NCBI GenBank assembly: GCA_963717645.1
Contig: CAVQWQ010000001.1
Span: 4,994 to 68,993, forward strand
Direction of reading: 5' to 3'
Length of the DNA stretch: 64,000 bases
From: an uncultured Actinomycetes bacterium
GTDB lineage: Bacteria > Actinomycetota > Acidimicrobiia > Acidimicrobiales > AC-9
A program made the translations under genes and the position numbers. Below are positions 42,044 through 52,747 of this stretch, piece after piece. Position 1 is the first letter of the stretch. Every line of letters starts with the position of its first letter. The notes beneath the pieces were generated by a model, which was not told the DNA's origin, did no database searches, and saw only the letters and a program-made list of their open reading frames with translations.

Positions 42044-45000
42044 GTGATGCCAGAGCCGCGTACCGACGAGTCGTTCGGAGGTTTTGGCCCCAACGCCTGG
42101 CTCGTCGACGACATGTACGAGCAGTACCGGCGCGACCCCTCGTCGGTGAGTGAGAGCTGGCAGGAGTTCTTCGCCGACTACCGACGAGGGGACGGAGCGG
42201 CGCACATGGCCGACGCCGCCCCATCGTCGACCGACGGGGCGGCGACCGCAGCGGCGTCGCCTGCGCCACCTCGAGCACCGGTTGTCGAACCCACTGTGAC
42301 CCCCGCCGAGGCGCCTGCCCGACCTGTGGTCGGACCGCAGGCACCATCTGCGGTGCCGTCCGAGGAGCGACCCCGCCCCGCGCCGCCGGAGGTACCGGAG
42401 GCCCCCCAGCCCACACCCATCCGCGGTGCCGGGGCTCGCATCGTCTCCAACATGGAGGCCAGCCTCGGTGTGCCGACCGCCACCAGCGTGCACCAGGTGC
42501 CGGCGAAGTTGCTCGAGGTCAACCGCACGATCCTGAACAACCACCTGTCGCGCACCAGCGGCGGCAAGGTGAGCTTCACGCACCTGATCGGCTTCGCCGT
42601 GGTCAAGGCCCTGGAGTCGGTCCCGGCCATGAACGCCAGCTTCGTGCCCGACGCCGACGGCAAGGGGACGCCGGGTGTCCTACGTCACCCGCACGTCGGC
42701 CTGGGGATCGCCGTGGATGTCGAGCGGTCCGACGGGTCGCGGACCCTCCTGGTCCCGTGCATCAAGGCGGCCGACACCTTGGACTTTCGCGGCTTCCTCG
42801 TGGCCTACGAGGAGCTGATCCGCAAGGTACGGACGAACAAGATCGGCGTCGAAGACTTCGCCGGCACCACGGTCAGCCTGACCAACCCGGGGACGGTCGG
42901 CACGGCGATGTCGGTGCCGAGACTGATGGCTGGCCAGGGCCTGATCGTGGGCGTCGGGTCTGTCGACTATCCCGTCGAGTACGAGGCCGCCGATCGCCAC
43001 ATGCTGGCCCAGCTGGGCGTGAGCAAGATCATCACCCTGACCTCGACCTACGACCACCGCATCATCCAGGGCGCCGAGTCGGGGAAGTACCTGTCGAGGA
43101 TCCATCAACTGCTGCTCGGTGAGAACGGCTTCTACCAGGACGTTTTCCGGTCGATGGGCGTGCCCTACGAGCCCGTCGAGTGGCGGCCCGACGTCAACCC
43201 CGTCGATCAGGAGCGCGGCCATCTGGTCAAGCAGATGCACGTGCAGACGCTCATCAACATGTACCGGGTCAGAGGCCACCTGATCGCCGACCTCGATCCG
43301 CTGGAGGCCCGTCCGCCGAGGATGCACCCGGAGCTCGATCCTGCGACCTACGGCCTCACCCTGTGGGACCTCGACCGCGAGTTCCTCACCGACGGCCTGG
43401 CCGGGCGGGACATGCTCACGCTGGGCGAGACGCTCGGCATTCTGCGCGACGCCTACTGCCGGACCGTCGGCGTCGAGTACATGCACATCCAGGAGCCCGA
43501 CCAGAAGCGTTGGATCCAGGACCACGTCGAGGGCGTCCCGACCAGGCCCAGCCAGGACGAGCAGCGTCACCTCCTCGGCCGGCTGAACGCGGCGGAGGCG
43601 TTCGAGCGATTCCTTCACAGCAAGTACATCGGCCAGAAGCGGTTCGGCCTCGAGGGAGCCGAGTCGGCCATCCCACTGCTCGACGCGGTCCTCGACGAGG
43701 CGGCCAAGGCCGGGGTGACCGAGGCCTTCATGGGCATGGCCCACCGGGGCCGGCTCAACGTGCTGGCCAACATCGTGGGCAAGTCGTACGGAGAGATCTT
43801 CCGTGAGTTCGAAGGCGACATCGACCCGGCATCGGTGCAGGGATCGGGCGACGTCAAGTACCACAGGGGCGCCTCCGGCAAGTTCGTGGGTCTCTCGGGC
43901 GCCGAGCTGCCCGTCACCCTGGCGTCGAACCCCTCTCACCTCGAGGCGGTGGACCCGGTCGTCGAGGGGATGGCCCGGGCCCGCCAGGACCTGTCGGACG
44001 AGCCGGCCACTTTCCCCGTGCTCTCGTTGCTGGTGCACGGAGATGCCGCCTTCGCCGGGCAGGGTGTGGTCGCCGAGACCTTCAACCTTTCCAATCTGCG
44101 CGGCTACCGGACGGGCGGGACCGTCCATCTCGTGATCAACAACCAGCTCGGCTTCACGACCGCGCCCGAAGCCGCACGCTCGAGCCTCTACGCCACCGAC
44201 GTGGCCAAGATGGTTCAGGCGCCGATCTTCCATGTCAACGGCGACGACCCGGAGGCGTGCGTGCGTGTGGGCAGGCTGGCCTTCGCCTTCCGTCAGGCCT
44301 TCCGCAAGGACGTCGTCATCGACATGGTCTGCTACCGGCGCTTCGGCCACAACGAGGGAGACGAGCCGAGCTACACCCAGCCCCAGATGTACGAGCGGAT
44401 CGAGAGCAAGCGGTCCGTGCGCAAGCTCTACACCGAGGCTCTGGTGAAGCGGGGGGACATCACCCTGGAGGACGCCGAGCGCGCCCTGGACGATTTCTCG
44501 GCCCGCCTCGAGGCCGCTCTCGACCAGACGCGGTCGTCAGCCCCACCCCGGCCCACCACGCTGCCCGAGGTGAAGCCGCCGGCGGCCCCGGTGGCGCCGA
44601 TCGGTACGGCCGTCGATCGGGCCGTGCTCGATCGCATCGCCGACCGCCTGCACCAGGCGCCCGAAGGTGTCAGCGTCCATCCCAAGCTGGCCCGCCAGCT
44701 GGAGGCCAGGGCGAGCGTCTACGCCGGGGGAGAGGTGGACTGGTCGCTGGCCGAGGCCCTGGCCTTCGGGTCGATGCTCCTCGAAGGCACCGACATCCGC
44801 CTCACCGGACAGGACACCCGCCGGGGGACCTTCAGCCAGCGCCACGCCGTGCTGGTCGACTACCACACGGGCGCCGAGCACCTGCCGCTGGGCGCCCTGG
44901 CCGCCGAGGGTGGCAACGGTCGCCGCGGGCGGTTCTTCGTCTACGACTCGTCGCTATCCGAGTACGCCGCCCTCGGCTTCGAGTACGGCTACTCGGTGGT

Positions 45001-45814
45001 CCACGGCGACGCCCTGGTCGCATGGGAAGCCCAGTTCGGCGACTTCATCAACGAAGCCCAGGTCGTGGTGGACGAGTTCATCATGGCGGCCGAGGACAAG
45101 TGGGGGCAGAGCTCGTCGCTGGTGCTGCTGCTGCCCCACGGCTACGAGGGCCAGGGTCCCGATCACTCCTCCGCCCGGATGGAGCGCTTTCTGACCCTGG
45201 CGGCCGAGGCCAACTCCTGCCTGGTGAACCTCACGACCGCAGGCCAGTACTTCCACCTTCTGCGATCCCAGGTGCGCCGCGAGATGCGTCGTCCGCTGGT
45301 GATCTTCACGCCCAAGTCACTGCTGCGGTCGCGGGCAGCCCGCACGGCGATCGAGGACCTGACCGAGGGACACTTCCGGGCCGTGCTCGACGACCCCGCG
45401 ACCGGCGAGCCCGGCGGCCCGCTGGATCCCGGCACCGTCGAGCGCGTGGTCCTCTGCGCTGGCAAGGTCGCCTACGACGCCATGGCCGCCCGCGACGCCC
45501 GGCTCGAGCAGGGCAACGGTCCGGTGACTGCGGTGGTCCGGCTCGAGCAGCTGTACCCGTGGCCCGAGGACGGCATCGCCACGCTGCTGGCCCGCTACGA
45601 GAAGGCCAGCGAGGTGGTGTGGCTCCAAGAGGAGCCGGAGAACATGGGCGCGTGGGCCTTCGTGCACGGACGGCTCCATCGACTGCTTCGCAACGACTTC
45701 ACGCTCCGCCACGTGAGCCGGATCGAGGCGGGGAGCCCGGCCACGGGCAGCGCGGCGATGCACCAGCTGGAAGCGAAGGACCTGCTGGCCCGCGCCCTGG
45801 AGCCGTTCGACTGA
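42044..45814 (+). CDS. kgd: multifunctional 2-oxoglutarate metabolism enzyme (Kgd/OdhA type: E2-like acyltransferase segment fused to the E1 2-oxoglutarate decarboxylase)
   Basis: 1256 aa. The order is N-terminal [15 protein letters not shown], an Ala/Pro linker, a catalytic E2-like block ([16 protein letters not shown]), then an E1 TPP domain ([14 protein letters not shown]...[12 protein letters not shown]...[18 protein letters not shown]). Confidence 0.9.
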   Translation: MMPEPRTDESFGGFGPNAWLVDDMYEQYRRDPSSVSESWQEFFADYRRGDGAAHMADAAPSSTDGAATAAASPAPPRAPVVEPTVTPAEAPARPVVGPQAPSAVPSEERPRPAPPEVPEAPQPTPIRGAGARIVSNMEASLGVPTATSVHQVPAKLLEVNRTILNNHLSRTSGGKVSFTHLIGFAVVKALESVPAMNASFVPDADGKGTPGVLRHPHVGLGIAVDVERSDGSRTLLVPCIKAADTLDFRGFLVAYEELIRKVRTNKIGVEDFAGTTVSLTNPGTVGTAMSVPRLMAGQGLIVGVGSVDYPVEYEAADRHMLAQLGVSKIITLTSTYDHRIIQGAESGKYLSRIHQLLLGENGFYQDVFRSMGVPYEPVEWRPDVNPVDQERGHLVKQMHVQTLINMYRVRGHLIADLDPLEARPPRMHPELDPATYGLTLWDLDREFLTDGLAGRDMLTLGETLGILRDAYCRTVGVEYMHIQEPDQKRWIQDHVEGVPTRPSQDEQRHLLGRLNAAEAFERFLHSKYIGQKRFGLEGAESAIPLLDAVLDEAAKAGVTEAFMGMAHRGRLNVLANIVGKSYGEIFREFEGDIDPASVQGSGDVKYHRGASGKFVGLSGAELPVTLASNPSHLEAVDPVVEGMARARQDLSDEPATFPVLSLLVHGDAAFAGQGVVAETFNLSNLRGYRTGGTVHLVINNQLGFTTAPEAARSSLYATDVAKMVQAPIFHVNGDDPEACVRVGRLAFAFRQAFRKDVVIDMVCYRRFGHNEGDEPSYTQPQMYERIESKRSVRKLYTEALVKRGDITLEDAERALDDFSARLEAALDQTRSSAPPRPTTLPEVKPPAAPVAPIGTAVDRAVLDRIADRLHQAPEGVSVHPKLARQLEARASVYAGGEVDWSLAEALAFGSMLLEGTDIRLTGQDTRRGTFSQRHAVLVDYHTGAEHLPLGALAAEGGNGRRGRFFVYDSSLSEYAALGFEYGYSVVHGDALVAWEAQFGDFINEAQVVVDEFIMAAEDKWGQSSSLVLLLPHGYEGQGPDHSSARMERFLTLAAEANSCLVNLTTAGQYFHLLRSQVRREMRRPLVIFTPKSLLRSRAARTAIEDLTEGHFRAVLDDPATGEPGGPLDPGTVERVVLCAGKVAYDAMAARDARLEQGNGPVTAVVRLEQLYPWPEDGIATLLARYEKASEVVWLQEEPENMGAWAFVHGRLHRLLRNDFTLRHVSRIEAGSPATGSAAMHQLEAKDLLARALEPFD

Positions 45815-45818
45815 GCGG

Positions 45819-46439
45819 CTACCGGAGCGCGAACCCCACCACGGCTTCCAGCTCGGCGATGGCTCGAGCGGGGTCGCCCACCTTGATGGTTGTCATGCCC
45901 AGGGCCCGGGCCGACTTCAGGTTGACGCCCAGATCATCGAGGAACACCGACTCGCTCGGGGCGACACCCAGCTCGGCGCAGGCCAGCTCGTAGAAGCGGG
46001 GGTCGGGCTTGCGAACCCCGATCCGACTCGACTCGATGATCACGTCGAACAGCTCGCGGATCTCACCCATCGCCGGATCGCCGTCCGGAAGGGTGAAGTT
46101 GTTCGTGAGCGCCGCAGTGCGCACCCGTTCCTGGCAGCGGCGCACCGCGGTGATCATGGCCGGGCGGATCTCGCCGGCCAGCAGACCCATCACGGCGGCG
46201 GCGTCGAGGTCGTGGCCAGCGCCGCGGGCCTCGGCCTCGAAGAGCCGGCAGAACTCGTCGAAGGCGACGGCGTTGCGCTCGAGGCGGGCCCAGGCATTGT
46301 CGTCGGAGTTGGTGGCGTTCAGCGATCGGATGAAGCCGGCCGGCAGCCCGTGGGCCCGCTCGTAGTCGGCGAAGGCCTCGAATGGGCTGGTCACGATCAC
46401 CCCACCGAGGTCGAAGAGGACGGCCTTCAGCTCGGTCAT
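45819..46439 (-). CDS. HAD-superfamily hydrolase
   Basis: KAVLFDLGGVIV (DxG/DxD motif I), ...ALTNN (motif II) and ...FLDDLGVNLKSARALGM (motif IV). Confidence 0.8.
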   Translation of the reverse strand: MTELKAVLFDLGGVIVTSPFEAFADYERAHGLPAGFIRSLNATNSDDNAWARLERNAVAFDEFCRLFEAEARGAGHDLDAAAVMGLLAGEIRPAMITAVRRCQERVRTAALTNNFTLPDGDPAMGEIRELFDVIIESSRIGVRKPDPRFYELACAELGVAPSESVFLDDLGVNLKSARALGMTTIKVGDPARAIAELEAVVGFALR

Positions 46440-46542
46440 TGCCCAATCGTAAGGAAGCGGCCAGCCCAGACCGGGCCACCCGCCCCCGCTCGCTCCCGTC
46501 CCGATCGCCCACAGGGTCGCCGCCGGATGGTTGACTCAGGAA

Positions 46543-47997
46543 ATGGCATATCGGCGCGTCGTCGTGGACGGGTCCAACATCGCCACCGAGGGTCGCTCAG
46601 TGCCGAGCCTGGCCCAGCTTGACGAGGCGGTCCGGGAATTTCAGCGCGAGTACCCGGACGCCGAGGTGACCGTGGTGGTCGACGCCTCGTTCGGGCATCG
46701 GATCGACGAGTCGGAGCGCCCTGCGTTCGACGAGGCCGAGGCCCACGGAGAGATCGTGTCTCCGCCCGCTGGCGCCATCGGCAGGGGCGACGCCTTCCTC
46801 CTGCGTATCGCAGAGAAGACTGGTGCAACCGTGCTCTCCAACGACTCCTTTCAGGAGTTCCACGGCGAGCACGACTGGCTGTTCTCACAGTCCCGCCTGG
46901 TCGGGGGCAAGCCGGTGCCCAGCGTGGGCTGGATCTTCACCCCTCGCACGCCGGTCAGGGGCCCACGCAGTCGTGTGGCGACAAAGGACGCCAAGCGCAC
47001 CCGGGTGCGCGTCGGCTCCAAGGAAGCGTCGAAGCCGATGCCGGTACCCGCGGTCCCGCCGCCCGGCCGAGGCCGGCGGGACGGCGGGCCGAAGGAGCCC
47101 GACGACGGCGCCGGGGCGGTCAGGGACGCCACGCCTCCGGCCGATCCCAAGGTTCGCCAGGCCATCGCCGCCGCCACCGAGGAGGTCGTCTCACCAGAGA
47201 CGTCTTCGGGGGGTCGTCGTCGCCGGCGAGGGTCCGGGCCCCCGCCCCAGGCTGTCAACGATCCCCTGACGTTCATCAGGTTCATCGCCGAGCACCCTCT
47301 CGGCCAGCTGGTCGAGGGGGAGGTGGAGAGCTTCACGTCGCACGGTGCATTCGTCCGGGTCGAGGACGCGCAGGCTTACGTCCCGGTCTCCGGTCTCGGC
47401 GACCCGCCGCCGCGCAGCGCCCGGCGGGCCCTGCGGCGCGGGGAGCGCCGGCCCTTCGTGCTCCAGGCCCTGGACCCGCAGCGGCGGGGGGTGGAGCTGG
47501 CCCTGCCGGAGTTCGCCCACGTGGCCGGGTCGCCCAGCGAGGAGACGGTGGAGGCCGAGATCTCAGGGGCGACCGGCTCCGATGAGGTCGTTCCCGACGC
47601 CGAGCAGGGCCCGGCGCGTCAACGGGGCCGGAAGGCGAGGGCTGGGGAGAAGGCGGAGGCCGGGAAGGGCAGGAAGCGGGCCGAGAAGGCGGACGGGTCG
47701 GCCCAGGCGGCGAAGGCGGTGACAGCCAAGAAGCCCAAGGCGGCCGCGGGCAAGGCGGCCGCGGGCAAGGCGGCGAAGGCCCCGGCCAAGGCGGGGGCGA
47801 AGGTCTCGGCGAAGGCCGCGAAGACGACCAAGCCATCAACGGCGAGCAAGGCCAAGGCGTCGACGGCGACCAAAGCGTCGAAGGCGGGCAAGGCGAAGGC
47901 GTCTACGGCGGGGGAGACGACCAAGAGAGCCAAGAAGACGGCGGAGAAGGCGACGGCGAAGGTCGCGAAGAAGGCCGCGAAGAAGAAGACGAAGTGA
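46543..47997 (+). CDS. NYN-domain (Zc3h12a-like) ribonuclease fused to an S1-like domain and a Lys/Ala-rich basic tail
   Basis: YRRVVVDGSNIATEG...VTVVVDASFGHRID...AFLLRIAEKTGATVLSNDSFQEF has the NYN/PIN-like acidic residues. An S1-like segment reads GQLVEGEVESFTSHGAFVRVEDAQAYVPVSGL. The C-terminal ~120 aa is AKKPKAAAGKAAAGKAAKAPAKAGAKV...KKAAKKKTK. Confidence 0.7.
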   Translation: MAYRRVVVDGSNIATEGRSVPSLAQLDEAVREFQREYPDAEVTVVVDASFGHRIDESERPAFDEAEAHGEIVSPPAGAIGRGDAFLLRIAEKTGATVLSNDSFQEFHGEHDWLFSQSRLVGGKPVPSVGWIFTPRTPVRGPRSRVATKDAKRTRVRVGSKEASKPMPVPAVPPPGRGRRDGGPKEPDDGAGAVRDATPPADPKVRQAIAAATEEVVSPETSSGGRRRRRGSGPPPQAVNDPLTFIRFIAEHPLGQLVEGEVESFTSHGAFVRVEDAQAYVPVSGLGDPPPRSARRALRRGERRPFVLQALDPQRRGVELALPEFAHVAGSPSEETVEAEISGATGSDEVVPDAEQGPARQRGRKARAGEKAEAGKGRKRAEKADGSAQAAKAVTAKKPKAAAGKAAAGKAAKAPAKAGAKVSAKAAKTTKPSTASKAKASTATKASKAGKAKASTAGETTKRAKKTAEKATAKVAKKAAKKKTK

Positions 47998-48043
47998 CCG
48001 AGGGCGGGGATCTCGGCTCAGCACGACCCGCCTATGCGACAAG

Positions 48044-48850
48044 ATGGCGCTGATGCGGATCGCCACATGGAACGTCAACTCGCTGCACGTCCGGCTGCCC
48101 AGGGTGGAGGAGTGGATCCGGTACGCCCAGCCGGACGTGCTGTGCATGCAGGAGACCAAGGTCGCGGATGCCACGTTCCCGGCGATGGCCTTCGCCACCC
48201 TGGGGTACGAGGCGGCCCACCACGGCACGGGCCGGTGGAACGGGGTGGCGATCGCCAGCCGGGTCGGCATCAAGGACGTGTCGGCCGGCTTCGCCGACGA
48301 GGGCGGGAGCAAGGCCGCCGAGGGTCGCTTCGTCAGCGCGATCTGTGGCGACGTGCGGGTGTCGAGCGTCTACGTCCCGAACGGGCGGACCGTCGGCAGT
48401 GAGCACTACCAGGCCAAGCTGGAGTGGCTGGCGGAGCTGCGCGCCCATCTGATGCAGAACTGCGATCCGACGGCACCCATGGCCGTCTGCGGTGACTTCA
48501 ACGTCGCTCCCGAGGACCGCGATCTCTGGGACCCGTCACGCTTCGAGGGGGCCACGCACGTGAGCGAGCCCGAGCGAAGGGCCCTCGCTGAGCTGGAGGA
48601 ATGGGGCCTGGTGGACGCCTTTCGTCAGCGATACGACGAAGAGGGCCTGTTCTCGTGGTGGGACTACCGGGCCGGTGACTTCCACCAGCACCGAGGGATG
48701 CGCATCGACCTGATCCTCGTCACAAGACCTCTCGCCGGGCGGGTCGGGTTCGCTCTGATCGACCGCTTCGCCCGCAAGGGCAAGTTGCCGTCAGATCACG
48801 CACCCGTCCTCGTCGACTTCAACTTCGAGGGCGCGGCGGTCACTCCCTGA
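48044..48850 (+). CDS. xthA: exodeoxyribonuclease III
   Basis: MRIATWNVNSLHVRLPRVEEWI...PDVLCMQETK...GDFNVAP...SWWDYRAGDFHQHRGMRIDLIL...PSDHAPV, the full EEP-family Xth pattern. Confidence 0.9.
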   Translation: MALMRIATWNVNSLHVRLPRVEEWIRYAQPDVLCMQETKVADATFPAMAFATLGYEAAHHGTGRWNGVAIASRVGIKDVSAGFADEGGSKAAEGRFVSAICGDVRVSSVYVPNGRTVGSEHYQAKLEWLAELRAHLMQNCDPTAPMAVCGDFNVAPEDRDLWDPSRFEGATHVSEPERRALAELEEWGLVDAFRQRYDEEGLFSWWDYRAGDFHQHRGMRIDLILVTRPLAGRVGFALIDRFARKGKLPSDHAPVLVDFNFEGAAVTP

Positions 48851-48874
48851 CGTTCGACCGCGAGGGAGATCGGA

Positions 48875-48890
48875 CGGGCACCGGTGCCCG
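48875..48890. terminator. palindromic hairpin between convergent genes
   Basis: CGGGCACC/GGTGCCCG is a perfect 16-nt palindrome, flanked by the outer inverted CTGACGT...ACGTCAG. It sits between the xthA stop (48850) and the stop of the minus-strand gene (48903). Confidence 0.4.
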
Positions 48891-48902
48891 ACCGGCCCGA
48901 CG

Positions 48903-49223
48903 TCAGATCAGCTGGGTGCGGAGCTTGGTCAGTCCCGATCCGAGGCTGGCCCGCAGATCGGCGCGGGACAACCCGGTGTCAGCGTGAAGCTGCTTCATGG
49001 ACCTGATCTCGTGACCCCCGACCCCGAAGCGGGCACCGATCAGGAGCCGCTCGAGTGGTTCGAGGTCCTCCAGGACCCGGTCAGGGAGGGAACGCACGGA
49101 GACGAGGTCCTCGTCGATGTCGGCGGCGGGGTCCACGAGCTCGCCGTCGTCGTCCGGGTAGGGCCAGCCGTCCTCACTCGGCCACATGAACGAACGCATG
49201 CCACTTTCTCGCGCCGTTGGCAT
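48903..49223 (-). CDS. hypothetical protein with a sigma-70 region-4-like HTH C-terminus
   Basis: LEPLERLLIGARFGVGGHEIRSMKQLHADTGLSRADLRASLGSGLTKLRTQL resembles sigma region 4 (er.vl..rfGl......s..eia...gvs.e.vrq.....l.kLr). Confidence 0.45.
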   Translation of the reverse strand: MPTARESGMRSFMWPSEDGWPYPDDDGELVDPAADIDEDLVSVRSLPDRVLEDLEPLERLLIGARFGVGGHEIRSMKQLHADTGLSRADLRASLGSGLTKLRTQLI

Positions 49224-49256
49224 CCGCCGTCAACCCTCCGAACAGGTGAGGCGCGG

Positions 49257-51362
49257 CTACGCGGACCGCTTGTGCTGGGACACCAGGTCGAGCAGCGCCT
49301 CGCCGTACCGGGCGGCCTTCACTGGTCCCAGTCCGGGCAGGGCGAGGAGCTCATCGTGGGACGCCGGCAGGGCGCTGGCGACGGCGGCCAGCGTGGTGTC
49401 GTGGCAGATCACATATGCGGGTACGCCCGACAGCCGGGCGGCCGAGGCCCGCCACGCCCGTAGGGCGGCGATCATGGCGGGATCGGCGGCCTCCACCATG
49501 GCCGCACCCGGGCTGCGGGGTCGGGTGCGGCGTTGGCCGGCCGCCTGCTGGCGTCCGAGCCGGGAGCGCTCGGCCTGGATGAGCCGCATCGGGTCCGTCC
49601 CCTGCGGGGCCTGGGTGAGCGCCCGGCGGGCCAGGTCGACCGCCTCGAGGTACGGGGAGCGGGTCCTGCTCATGGTGCGCGATCCGAACGTCCGTCGCTC
49701 GGCCCACGAGCAGTGCAGCTCCCGTTCGGCGCGGGTCAGGGCCACGTACAGGAGGCGGCGTTCCTCCTCCTCGGCCGCCGGTGTCGCGGCGTGCCCGATT
49801 GGCACCAGGCCGCGCTCCAGCCCGGCGAGAAACACCACGGGCCACTCCAGCCCCTTGGCGCGGTGGAACGTCGTCAGCTCGACCGCGTCGGCCCCGGCGT
49901 CGGCGCCTTCGCTGCGCACAGTGGCCGCCAACCAGGCTGAGAACCCCTCGGCCGATGCCGCCTGGTCCACGGCCTCGTACTCGTGACCGAGTCGGACCAG
50001 GCCCTCCAGATGCGACCGACGGTCCGCGATCTCTTGCCCCCCTCCCGGGCCGGCTGGCGCGTCCTGGCCGGCGGCCGGGTCGAGGTCTGCGACCCGGCCC
50101 TCGAGGTCGGCCAGGCGGGCGGCGAACGGCATCCCGGCCGGCGCCCTCCGCAGCTCGTGCAGGGCGTCCTTGACCTCGGGCCGCTCCAGGAAGGCTTCGC
50201 CGCCCGAGACCCGGTAGGGGATCCGGGCCACGCGCAGGGCCTCCTCGAGCAGCACCAGCTGGGCGTTGGTGCGGGTCAGGACGGCCAGATGGGCCCAGGG
50301 CATGCCCGGGCGGCGGGCCCGGCGCAATCTGCCGGCGATCGTGCGGGCCTCGGCCACATCGGTGTCCGAGGCCGTGACCGTCGGCACCGGCCCGTCGGGC
50401 TGGGTCGCCCGGAGCATGTCGGTCGGTGCGGTCCGGCCCTGGGCCAGCACCGCCGCAGCCACCGTGAGGACCTGGGGGGACGATCGGTAGTTGTGGTCGA
50501 GGCGCACGACCCCGGCGGAGGGATAGCGGCGGGAGAAGTGGCCCAGCAGCGAGGGGTCGGCCCCGTTCCACGAATAGATCGCCTGGTTGGGGTCCCCGAC
50601 CACGCACAGATCGAGACGGTCGCCCATCCAGCCCTGCAGGAGCCGGAACTGGGCCGGGTTGACGTCTTGGAACTCGTCGACGAACAGGTGTCGAAAGCGC
50701 CAGCGCTGGGCGGCGGCGAAGCCCGGGTCCTGCTCGAGGTCGTTGCTGCACGCCACCAGCAGGTCGTCGAAGTCGACGAGTCCCTGGCGGGCCTTCTCCT
50801 CCTCGTAGCGGCTGTAGAGGGCGGCCATCTCGTCGGCGGGCACGGGCGGCCGCCGGCCGGCGGCGACGAGCGCCTCCGGGTAGCCGTCGGGGCCGACCAT
50901 CCTGGCCTTCGCCCACTCGATCTCCGCGGCCAGGTCGGCGAGGGACGGGCCCGCCCTTGCCGGCCCAGATGTGCTCCGCCCGCTGTCGCGGCGCGCCACC
51001 AGGCGGGCGAGCAGTCGCACCTTGCGATCGAGCAAGGCGGGCGGGCGCGCGCCCAGGTCGGCCCACCGCTGGCGGAGCTGGCCGTAGGCGATGCCGTGGA
51101 AGGTCCCCGCCGTCACCTGTTGGCGGACCCCGAGGGCCCGGAGGCGGGACCGCAGCTCGCCGGCTGCTTTGCGGGTGAACGTCAGGGCCAGGACATGGCG
51201 CGCATCGGCGGTGTCCTGCTCGATGCGCCAGGCGACGCGCCGGGTGAGGACGCGGGTCTTGCCCGATCCCGCGCCGGCCAGCACGCACAGGGGGCTGGCG
51301 TCGGACGTCACCGCGTGGCGCTGCGCGTCGTTGAGGTCGTCCAACAACGCCGTGTCACCCAT
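49257..51362 (-). CDS. UvrD/Rep/PcrA-family ATP-dependent DNA helicase with an HRDC-like C-terminus
   Basis: Trimmed to MGDTALLDDLNDAQRHAVTSDASPLCVLAGAGSGKTRVLTRRVAW (Q motif plus Walker A). It also has FVDEFQDVNPAQ (motif II), NYRSSPQV and TFHRAKGLEWPVVF. The C-terminal ICHDTTLAAVASALPASHDELLALPGLGPVK is HRDC/HhH-like. Confidence 0.85.
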   Translation of the reverse strand: MGDTALLDDLNDAQRHAVTSDASPLCVLAGAGSGKTRVLTRRVAWRIEQDTADARHVLALTFTRKAAGELRSRLRALGVRQQVTAGTFHGIAYGQLRQRWADLGARPPALLDRKVRLLARLVARRDSGRSTSGPARAGPSLADLAAEIEWAKARMVGPDGYPEALVAAGRRPPVPADEMAALYSRYEEEKARQGLVDFDDLLVACSNDLEQDPGFAAAQRWRFRHLFVDEFQDVNPAQFRLLQGWMGDRLDLCVVGDPNQAIYSWNGADPSLLGHFSRRYPSAGVVRLDHNYRSSPQVLTVAAAVLAQGRTAPTDMLRATQPDGPVPTVTASDTDVAEARTIAGRLRRARRPGMPWAHLAVLTRTNAQLVLLEEALRVARIPYRVSGGEAFLERPEVKDALHELRRAPAGMPFAARLADLEGRVADLDPAAGQDAPAGPGGGQEIADRRSHLEGLVRLGHEYEAVDQAASAEGFSAWLAATVRSEGADAGADAVELTTFHRAKGLEWPVVFLAGLERGLVPIGHAATPAAEEEERRLLYVALTRAERELHCSWAERRTFGSRTMSRTRSPYLEAVDLARRALTQAPQGTDPMRLIQAERSRLGRQQAAGQRRTRPRSPGAAMVEAADPAMIAALRAWRASAARLSGVPAYVICHDTTLAAVASALPASHDELLALPGLGPVKAARYGEALLDLVSQHKRSA

Positions 51363-51916
51363 GTCTCCCGACCGTATCGACGGGGTGTGACAACGCGGTG
51401 GATGCTCGCCGACGAAGGGGAGCCCGGAACGAGATCGGCCCCAAGTAGCCGTGGGGCCTTCGCCCCCCGGACTCCTCGGGGCCGGTCTTCGGGCCACCTC
51501 TCGACCTGTCGGTCGCCTGCCGGCAACCGCCAGGCCCGGCTGAGCACCTATCGGCGCCCGAACCAAGCGACAACCCTGACGCAACCCTCGTCAGTCCTAC
51601 TGACCACATCGGGCGGGGACCTGTGGCCCATCCTGACCCCGGTGGTCGGTTCGACCTCCTCCGGTTGCGCTAGCCGCAGTCTGCACCCGCGCGCTTGGCG
51701 CGTCAAGAGCTTCGTTGGCCGGTCATCGGGACCACGGCCGGCCCGGGAGGATGGCCCCGGATGGCGGCGTCGGGAGCACGGCCCGACACCATGGAAAGCG
51801 TGTCGGGCGCGAGCGGATATCGTCGTGGTGCAGGTGGGGCGGCGGGCGCCGGCCGACCGCCCGCTCACGTCGATGTCCGTTTCTCAACCCGCTCCCTCGC
51901 CCGTCCCCGCCTGGCC

Positions 51917-52747
51917 ATGCTGAAGGCCTTCGACGGAGGCCGGCTCTTCGGCGCGTCCTACGGTGCCGACGGTGTGCCGTGGGTGCTCGCACTGCACGGG
52001 TGGGCACGCACGCACCAGGACTGGCGCGCCGTGCTGGGGGCGCGAGACGCGGGAACGGTGCCGCCGGGGGGCTCTCCAGTGCCCCAACCCTCTCGGTTCG
52101 GTGACGCATCGGCCGACGAGTCGGCAGGTCTGGGCGCGATGGCCGCGGTGGCGCTGGACCTCCCCGGCTTCGGAGCGACCCCGCCTCCGCCCGAGGCCTG
52201 GGGATCGGCCGACTACGCGGCCGCCGTCGTACCGTTGCTCGCCGAGCTGCGGGTGCCGGCTGTGGTCGTGGGCCACTCGTTCGGTGGACGGGTGGCCGTC
52301 CACTTGGCCGCCGCCCACCCGGAGCTGGTGAAGGCGCTCGTGCTGACCGGCGTCCCCCTCGGACGCCGGGCCCCAGGAACCCGCCGCCCACCGCTGCGCT
52401 ATCGAGTCGGTAGAGCCTTGTACGGGCGGGGGCTCGTCGGCGAGGCCCGGATGGAGGTGCTGCGCCAGCGCTACGGCTCGCCCGACTACCGGGCTGCCAC
52501 GGGCGTCATGCGCCAGGTCCTCGTCCGGACCGTGAACGAGACCTACGATGACCAGCTGCGCGCCGTGCGCTGCCCGGTCGAGCTCGTGTGGGGCGACGAC
52601 GACACCGAGGTTCCCGTCTCGGTGGCCGAGACGGCGGCGGGGCTGCTGGCTCGCCCCAACCTGACCGTGTGTCGGGGTGCGGGCCATCTCGTCCCACTCA
52701 CCGCCCCCGACGCGCTCCGCGTGGCTATCGAGCGCCACCGGCCATGA
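51917..52747 (+). CDS. alpha/beta hydrolase
   Basis: WVLALHGWARTHQDW...VVVGHSFGGRVAV (GxSxG)...GAGHLVPLTAPD. Its stop overlaps the next gene's start (ATGA). Confidence 0.7.
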   Translation: MLKAFDGGRLFGASYGADGVPWVLALHGWARTHQDWRAVLGARDAGTVPPGGSPVPQPSRFGDASADESAGLGAMAAVALDLPGFGATPPPPEAWGSADYAAAVVPLLAELRVPAVVVGHSFGGRVAVHLAAAHPELVKALVLTGVPLGRRAPGTRRPPLRYRVGRALYGRGLVGEARMEVLRQRYGSPDYRAATGVMRQVLVRTVNETYDDQLRAVRCPVELVWGDDDTEVPVSVAETAAGLLARPNLTVCRGAGHLVPLTAPDALRVAIERHRP

